DNA of 45,869 nucleotides from Trichoplax sp. H2 (Eukaryota): NCBI GenBank assembly GCA_003344405.1, contig NOWV01000172.1, positions 124,001 to 169,869 of the forward strand, read 5' to 3'. Shown piece by piece: positions 39,101 to 45,869 of this stretch (position 1 is its first letter; each line of letters starts with the position of its first letter). The notes under the pieces were generated by a model. It saw only the letters and a program-made list of their open reading frames with translations, ran no database searches and was not told where the DNA came from. The position numbers and the translations under genes were made by a program.

Positions 39101-41797
39101 TTTTTCTATTCTTATAAGGGCAAATTTCTATCTAATTTCTATTAGCTGCTATCGAGTGGTTTTTGTTCGTATATAAGTCGAAAGATAACGATTCATGGCT
39201 ATATTGATATCAATCTGACATACAGCGGGTAAATAAAGCGTTTTTTTTGCCTCAAATAGAAAAAGTTTTGAGTTATAAACTTATGATCTTCCACCTATTT
39301 TAATTTAACTAACAGTTGTTATTTTGGCTAAAGGCAACAAACAACTTTAATTATTAACCTTGGCTGAAATCACAACAGCCAGAAGTGAAAAATTTGATTT
39401 TACACAGTTCTGCTAAAGCTTTTGTGTATATATGCAAGACCGCTAAAATCATTATTTCTGCAACTGTGTTGTTTAAGTCAGATATTTCAGGAGCACGATT
39501 ACTTTTGAAATTTTATTTATAACAAATAGAGTCTGGAAAGGAATTGCAGCCAATACAGTTCTGGATTTTAAATCATATTCAATTCTTGACAAGAATTATC
39601 AGACGCCTTGCCAAGCCTCGTCAATTTGCACGGAAAGATAATAAAATTAATTAATTATAATTTACTATTAAATCTAACTGAAATGGCAAAACCCATTTGA
39701 AATTGTTCGCTAGTTAAGAGCATTAATTCATGTGATACAGGTTTATAGCCAATCTTGGGCTGTTCAATCAATATAATCAATATGGATTCGAAGATATTGA
39801 TGATATGACGACCAATAATTTACTCCATTCAGTAACTTAAATTTGTCTTATTACTGTCTGTCTATCATTATAAAGGTAATTAAATTAATTAATATTCCTA
39901 TATCATGTAATCACCAGTTCTAAGAATTACGAACGGACAATCTCAACCATCTTCAAGATTACTTGAACGTTTCTAGAGAATTACGACCGGACAATCCCGA
40001 TCATCTTCAAGATTACTGGAACATTATTTATACAAGCCATGGAGATCAAACAGAGCCATTAAAAGTCGACTACTTAAATGTTTATATATGTAGTAAGACA
40101 ACTTATTTATCCTAGCGGTATTAACCTTGATTCTATCAAATTTTGCATCGAACTTTGACAACTAGGATGGATTTAATGTATCACTCTGCTTAATATAGAG
40201 AGCAAAATTAAAGGTATTCTATCATTGCGCATTTCTACGACGAAGGCCTAGCAGTATCATTACATAGATCAATTGAATTGTGACTAATCCATGCAGGGGC
40301 TTTTGCTTTTATCCCTATAGTAGTCTATAATTACGTTAATAATTACCCTGGTAAAATTTTTGTCCGCATTAATTTGGGAAAACAATTTAAAAATATCCTT
40401 TCGATATTCGGTAGTAGCTTGGGACTAAGTAGCATCGTTAAAGTAGGATAGGCGGATGACTACCGAATCATAACTAATGTATCCAGCTGATTCAACCTTA
40501 TTCTACACAGTTTGCAATTGAAATTTGGATTGATTTGCTTCAATATCTTGCTATGGATGAAAAATAGATTTATGGCGATAAAGATCAAATAAATCCAGAA
40601 TAAACTGCGTCATTGCTTATGCTCTGCCCTTAGTACTTTATAGGTATAATTTCAATTAGACTAATCAATTAACTATCACGCTAAAATGAGGATTTAAAAT
40701 GTCCTAACGTCATTCGTTCATACTATCAACATCGAGCAGATTCAATAATATCAATTTGATAATGCTAGTGGTATCAGGTTTGAACTATCTAGAGGGCTTA
40801 CATGATGTCTTAACTCCTTCTGTAATCAACATTTGTATCTATTACTACTTCATCTCATTACATTCGTTTTTTTAACGAGATCAAATATTACCAGTGATCG
40901 ATAGCTATGTTATATTTAAAATTCTTAATAGTACAAATAAAATTTGATTTATTGAGGATAATATCTGGCTTTATCGAATGATTGAGGGTATAAAGAGTTG
41001 AGTATAGAGAGGGTGCTGCCTATATATATATACAAGCGCTATTAGCAACTGAAATGATATTCAAACTTAGGATCGGAGAATGATTATGCCAAAAATGTTT
41101 AAAACTGTTATTTTAAATTTATGTGCACGACGTATACGTGCAAGATCTATTCAATATTATCTTACGAGGGACAGCATCAATAATTAGGAGTAGCCTAAAA
41201 TTTTTCGAATCAAATCTATTATCAGGGAAAGAAATATACTTTTATATTCTAAAAAATAAAAACTTGGCAAGTAACGGAGAAATTGGAACAATTTTAACGT
41301 NNNNNNNNNNNNNNNNNNNNATATCAATTTGATAATGCTAGTGGTATCAGGTTTGAACTATCTAGAGGGCTTACATGATGTCTTAACTCCTTCTGTAATC
41401 AACATTTGTATCTATTACTACTTCATCTCATTACATTCGTTTTTTCAACGAGATCAAATATTACCAGTGATCGATAGCTATATCGGAGAATGATTATGCC
41501 AAAAATGTTTGAAACTGTTATTTTAAATTTATGTGCACGACGAATACGTGCAAGATCTATTCAATATTATCTTACGAGGGACAGCATCAATATTTAGGAG
41601 TAGCCTAAAATTTTTCGAATCAAATCTATTATCAGGGAAAGAAATATACTTTTATATTCTAAAAAATAAAAACTTAGCAAGTAACGGAGAAATTGGAACA
41701 ATTTTAACGTAGATTCTTGATTGAATGCTGGTAAAAATTAGCTAAAATTATTCCTATAAAATTGTAGTTATTTCCTTACCTCTATTCTATTCTCCAT
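30152..41797 (-). CDS. Type II membrane ENPP1/3-like protein: TM helix, Thr/Pro-rich stalk, degenerate phosphodiesterase domain, C-terminal DNA/RNA non-specific endonuclease domain
   Basis: About 23 phase-consistent exons. Examples: 41780-41797 (MENRIE, least certain), 38883-38957, 37677-37749 (TM VGGILVIGVVFGLGFMIGWF), 37373-37589 (stalk), 37028-37199 (LLVISLNGFRWDYL..FPTQTLPN), 36799-36918 (GLYPVSHGIV..WWGGEP), 36106-36178, an exon ending IITSDHG, an exon with MRTIFMASGPGF..FLNIQLYNVM, 31545-31674 (GYDRGH), 30906-30989, 30685-30805, and a last exon IRDIEALSGINFF ending in TAG at 30152-30154. Confidence 0.93.
39918..40022. repeat. Two-copy ~54-bp diverged tandem repeat in ENPP intron 1
   Basis: gaattacgaacggacaatctcaaccatcttcaagattacttgaac vs gaattacgaccggacaatcccgatcatcttcaagattactggaac. 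Confidence 0.9.
40748..41710. repeat. Near-identical direct duplication flanking a 20-N gap (40748-41300 vs 41321-41710)
   Basis: Both copies run from atatcaatttgataatgc to acaattttaacgt. The first has an extra 163 nt (40909-41071) and there are a few SNPs. Confidence 0.95.
41301..41320. other. Assembly gap (20 N)
   Basis: Run of n. Confidence 1.
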
Positions 41798-43904
41798 TTT
41801 TTCCAAACGATTTTACTCTATCTTTCTGCGATCGACTTAACAAGAATGCTTAAGCTCTAAGAGTAAGAGAAGATATCAGAAATATGCACAAAGGTACCAG
41901 TTTATAAACGATTAATTAGCAAATCATGCTAATTAAGAAAATAATAAGAAGGAGGAGAGTTAAGAATCAATAGATGAAGGAGGATCATAATCTAATTGCA
42001 ATTAAAAGCTTCTTTATGTTTTGCCCCCTACCGTATAACTATGAATAAATAATGTTATTGTTACTTTAGACTGCAACAAACAACTATTGATTCAATTCAC
42101 AAATGCTCTAACATTGATTTTAACTGGATAGCGTAAGAATTTTTATTGAAGATTAGCAAATTTATGTAATTATCATTGATCTCTTCTCATAACAATAATA
42201 AATAGTAAGGTATGCGTAGTAATTATTTTCGTCATTTCACCAATGCAATACAATAATTCAATAAAATTTTCACAGCTAAATCTTATCGTACTTGGATACG
42301 TAATCCACATTGTGAAGATGTACCCTATTAATTTCATTCTATCTAAGCTATTCTAATTTTAAGACGCAATTGCTACAATAAGTTTATTTTAATTCCAAAT
42401 GTCAACTACTAAATTGATTTCGCAGTAGGATACTGTTACGTCAAATAGATGCATAGTATTCACGTAAATAAACTGTAGTACTGATCCAAGAGTAGCTGTT
42501 GCTAATGGTAAAAGTTGGCGGTTATCAACTAATATAAGTAACTTTAAGATTGTAATGCTGTGACTCAAAAAATTTTATAGCAAGAACTTCACTTTCTTGT
42601 AAAATTTTACTTTATTGTATAAATTGGTCCTCCTAACAAATTGCTAATGACTACCTTCAGTCACCTTCAGTCTACAACTTTTTGACTTATTATAACAAAA
42701 TCTATGATTAATATGTGATGCAGTGATGCAATGTAAGCATCACTATGTTTTTAAAAAGCTACGGTATGCATTTAATTATCATATACAATTAAAAATTTTC
42801 ACAATTTTACAATCTAATTTTACATAATGAACTATTTTCGTACAACATGATAACCACAATCTTAAGCTAATTTTGGACTACAAAAGTGCTCTTGTAATAT
42901 ACCGTAATTAAAGGACGTACTTAATAAAATTTTGAGTTTCTAATATATGTTATTAGTTACAATTCGATTAGCTAAAATGGTGAGCAACAAGTAGTTGTAG
43001 TTTGTAGCTTACTTTGGATCCGTATAATAAAACCCAGAAATGCTTTAGCAATCGTAAAGGACGTGCGGGATAAAATTTTAATTTCCTAACCATCATCATT
43101 CTAATAACCTCTTCTATTTACTTATTTTTCAGGTTACAAGAATAAGTGATACAACAATGCATTAAAATCCTCCTATAAAAGAACAGTAAAATAGGCTCAG
43201 GCACGTCTTTTATATTAACACTACAGCAATATGCGTTTTTTCCTATAATTTTATAAAATAAAATAGCTGAATATAAAATTAAGCTATTTTAGGAATGATT
43301 GCTCTAACCGTCAAAACGATCTCAATTAATTTAGTAGTTAAAGGAGTTCATATACAGGTATACAGACCTATAGATACTTTATGCTTTCGAGAAAATATTA
43401 CAGTGCTGTATTGTTGCAATCCCTACTCTACAGTACTACATACCGCATATTGGAGAAATTATTACAGCACTGTTTATTTATTATTCTTACATAAACTGTA
43501 TTCTTGGTGAATGCATAAAATTGATTTTATTACACCTCAATTTCCATTAATTATCATTGCAGTTGAACATGTAATTTTACCTATCAATATAAGCAGACCA
43601 CTTATCAATAAGAATATATAAATGGCTAAAGTTGGTCTTTATTTCAAATAAGAGATTAGTCTAAAGCTATCAAAAAAAATTGTAAATTGCATAATTATTT
43701 CTATTGTAGATTATACGCATTGAAGTTTTCATATATTCTAATTCATTAATGCGTTGTAAAATATCTTAACTCATACTCTACTAATAGCCTATAAAATATT
43801 TACTAGCAACTATAAATGATAAATTGAATTTATAACGCAAGGTCCAAACTGTAAGCGTTTAGAACTATGAAAGTGCAATTAACGAATCATGTAAGCTAGT
43901 AAAG

Positions 43905-45869
43905 TTAAAAAATCGACCATAACTCTGTGGGTGTTTGGGTTTCAAACGTAACTTGTAACTCTGCTGAAAGTTCAGGGAAGAAATCGATGCCAGTCAATTT
44001 TTCGATATCAGCTATACTGGAAACATGATCAAAGATTTGCGATACGGCAGACTGTAAAGCAAAAGAAGTGGGAATTCAAAAATCAGAATATTACTCCTCA
44101 AAATTTGAACTGTAGATACAAAATAATCATTAATAATACATGGCCTATATTCGTGTTCAGATATCATCTACAGTATAAGTCTATTATATGCATTTATAAT
44201 ATGAAATTTAATACTATGTAATTAAGGGAAATACGCGTCTAATACGTGTGTATGACCTTTAAAACTTACATTATTGAGGCATAAAATCGTACAAGATACT
44301 CGGGTGGACGTATAAATCAGATTTTACAATATTGATATATACGAGTAAACTACTACGGATGCGAAATGTGTTGTATCTGCCGAGTATTTAGCATAGTACT
44401 ACTAGCATAAAATTATAAAAATTCAAAGACCTGTAAAGACTATTATTAATGTAACAGCAACCCAGAAAATCTGTACATGGCTACTCCAATTGAAAATAAC
44501 GACGCACAGTACTTATGATACAAAAGACTATTATTAATATGAAATTCCCGTCTAATACCTTGTCACGTACCTTAGTATTGAGAACGTAGACTGTTAGCAA
44601 CGTTTAGTATAATGTACAGTAACGTGACTTTCAATTTTTATCTTAAAACATATTTAGCAGCTTATGACTACAAACTACAGATCGTAGTGGAAGATTCTAT
44701 GCTACAGATGACTATATACAGTAGGGTGTCGAGTTACTATTAAAATTAAAGATAAAATAGAGCTGTAATTCATACATTAGGATATAGTTAGTTCATCGTA
44801 CTTTGACTGGTAGAAATAGTATCTATATAAATACTGTAGTCGATTGCACATTGGATTAATAATGGTCCGCTGTAAAATTTTGTTACCAATAATAACCTGG
44901 ATATCAGTAAAATATGGTAGAATGTTGCTATACTGCTTGTAGCTGTGAATGCTACAAAGAGCATACTAGCTAGTAACGTTTATTATTCTAATAGTTCTTT
45001 CTAGATACGTTTAGTAGTTGTATTCGGCTAGAGTAGAGCTGTGCAAACCTAATCTTCGTATAAGATTTAATAAAGTTCTAAATTTTCTATAAATTATAGA
45101 TATTTGAGATCGGTTACATACATCACCTACCTGCAAACTATTAACACTAGACTTAAAATACCTATATAAGCAGCTACTAATACAAGTATGTAAAATATAA
45201 TTTAAATTATTAATGTAGTATCACTATTGCTATAGAAAAAAGGATAAAGCATCAGTATATTTCGGTATTGTTAAATACTTAAAGTACAGTATTATTGCAA
45301 GAATCTCATTAAGATCAGTGGCTTTAATAATATATATCTACAGTTTATACAACTACTATTATCCAAATTTTAAAACATCGTTTTCTATTGTTATTTACGT
45401 AATTATGTTTACATGGTTAAATTATAATTTAGACCTCGATTTGACCGATAATAAAATATTACAAGTATTCTTACGTGACATTGAGGTGAGGCTGATTTAC
45501 TATGTGGCAGTATAAATGATAATGCTTCCAATTTACCACCACATGGTTTGTGATTGCTTGCTGATCCATTACATGCGACTTGATCCGAGTCTTGACATTT
45601 TACAACTATTTTATAAAGATGCGTCGGAATAGCTACAGAGCCTATTTCGCCGTTTAGCCAACTGAGAATAGAAATAAGGACAATAGCCACTTACTATAAT
45701 CTATTCTTTTAATTAGAATTCTATACTAAAGTGGCTACGATACTACTTACTATGAAGGATCGCTCATGACCGTTTCATGATCGGCTTTTATCATTGCTCC
45801 TGATATAACAAAAATCCCTCCGTACTTTTTAGACCATTTATTAATTAACATCTCCAAGTAGTTCCATGG
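43905..45869 (-). CDS. 3' three exons of a second ENPP-like paralog (nuclease domain end); 5' part beyond the right edge
   Basis: Exons 45751-45869 (PWNYLEMLINKWSKKYGGIFVISG..SDPSY), 45475-45661 (WLNGEIGSVAIPTHLYKIVVKC..LSFILPH) and 43905-44051 (IADIEKLTGIDFF..ELWSIF*). Intron positions and phases match the last exons of the 30152-41797 gene. Confidence 0.92.

Noticed and set aside
39918-40022. CRISPR-like repeat
   Set aside because: Only two adjacent diverged copies, no spacers, eukaryotic context.
30152-41797. ENPP as a pseudogene
   Set aside because: No stops or frameshifts in the reconstructed exons, intact splice phases and conserved scaffold motifs; the losses are concentrated on metal ligands.
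490-45869. CBASS/cGAS-like immune cluster (patatin effector plus cGAMP-degrading ENPP)
   Set aside because: There is no nucleotide cyclase or STING in the window, the patatins are ExoU/VipD-like rather than recognisably CapV-like, the ENPP PDE site is degenerate, and neighbourhood alone is weak evidence in animals.

Overview
AT-rich, intron-containing eukaryotic genomic DNA. The compact introns and gene content suggest an early-branching animal such as a placozoan, but that is inference only. I reconstructed spliced genes by hand from GT/GC-AG boundaries and reading-frame continuity; most listed ORFs are exon fragments or noise. Contents: (1) two tandem minus-strand ExoU/VipD-type patatin phospholipase paralogs (490-7493, running off the left edge, and 13718-18509+), each with a cysteine string just before the catalytic DGG and with EF-hand-like loops, the module being duplicated in the left copy; (2) a 10-exon plus-strand ceramide glucosyltransferase (UGCG, 22623-27343); (3) a complete minus-strand type II membrane ENPP1/3-like gene (30152-41797); (4) the 3' end of a second ENPP paralog (43905-45869). 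Two 20-N gaps are each flanked by near-identical duplicated sequence, probably uncollapsed haplotypes. The most striking observation is that the ENPP has inverted catalytic architecture. Its phosphodiesterase domain has lost four of six side-chain zinc ligands, while its C-terminal nuclease-like domain, which is inactive in vertebrate ENPP1-3, keeps a full EndoG/Serratia-type DRGH...N...E active site. It looks like a stalk-mounted cell-surface endonuclease.
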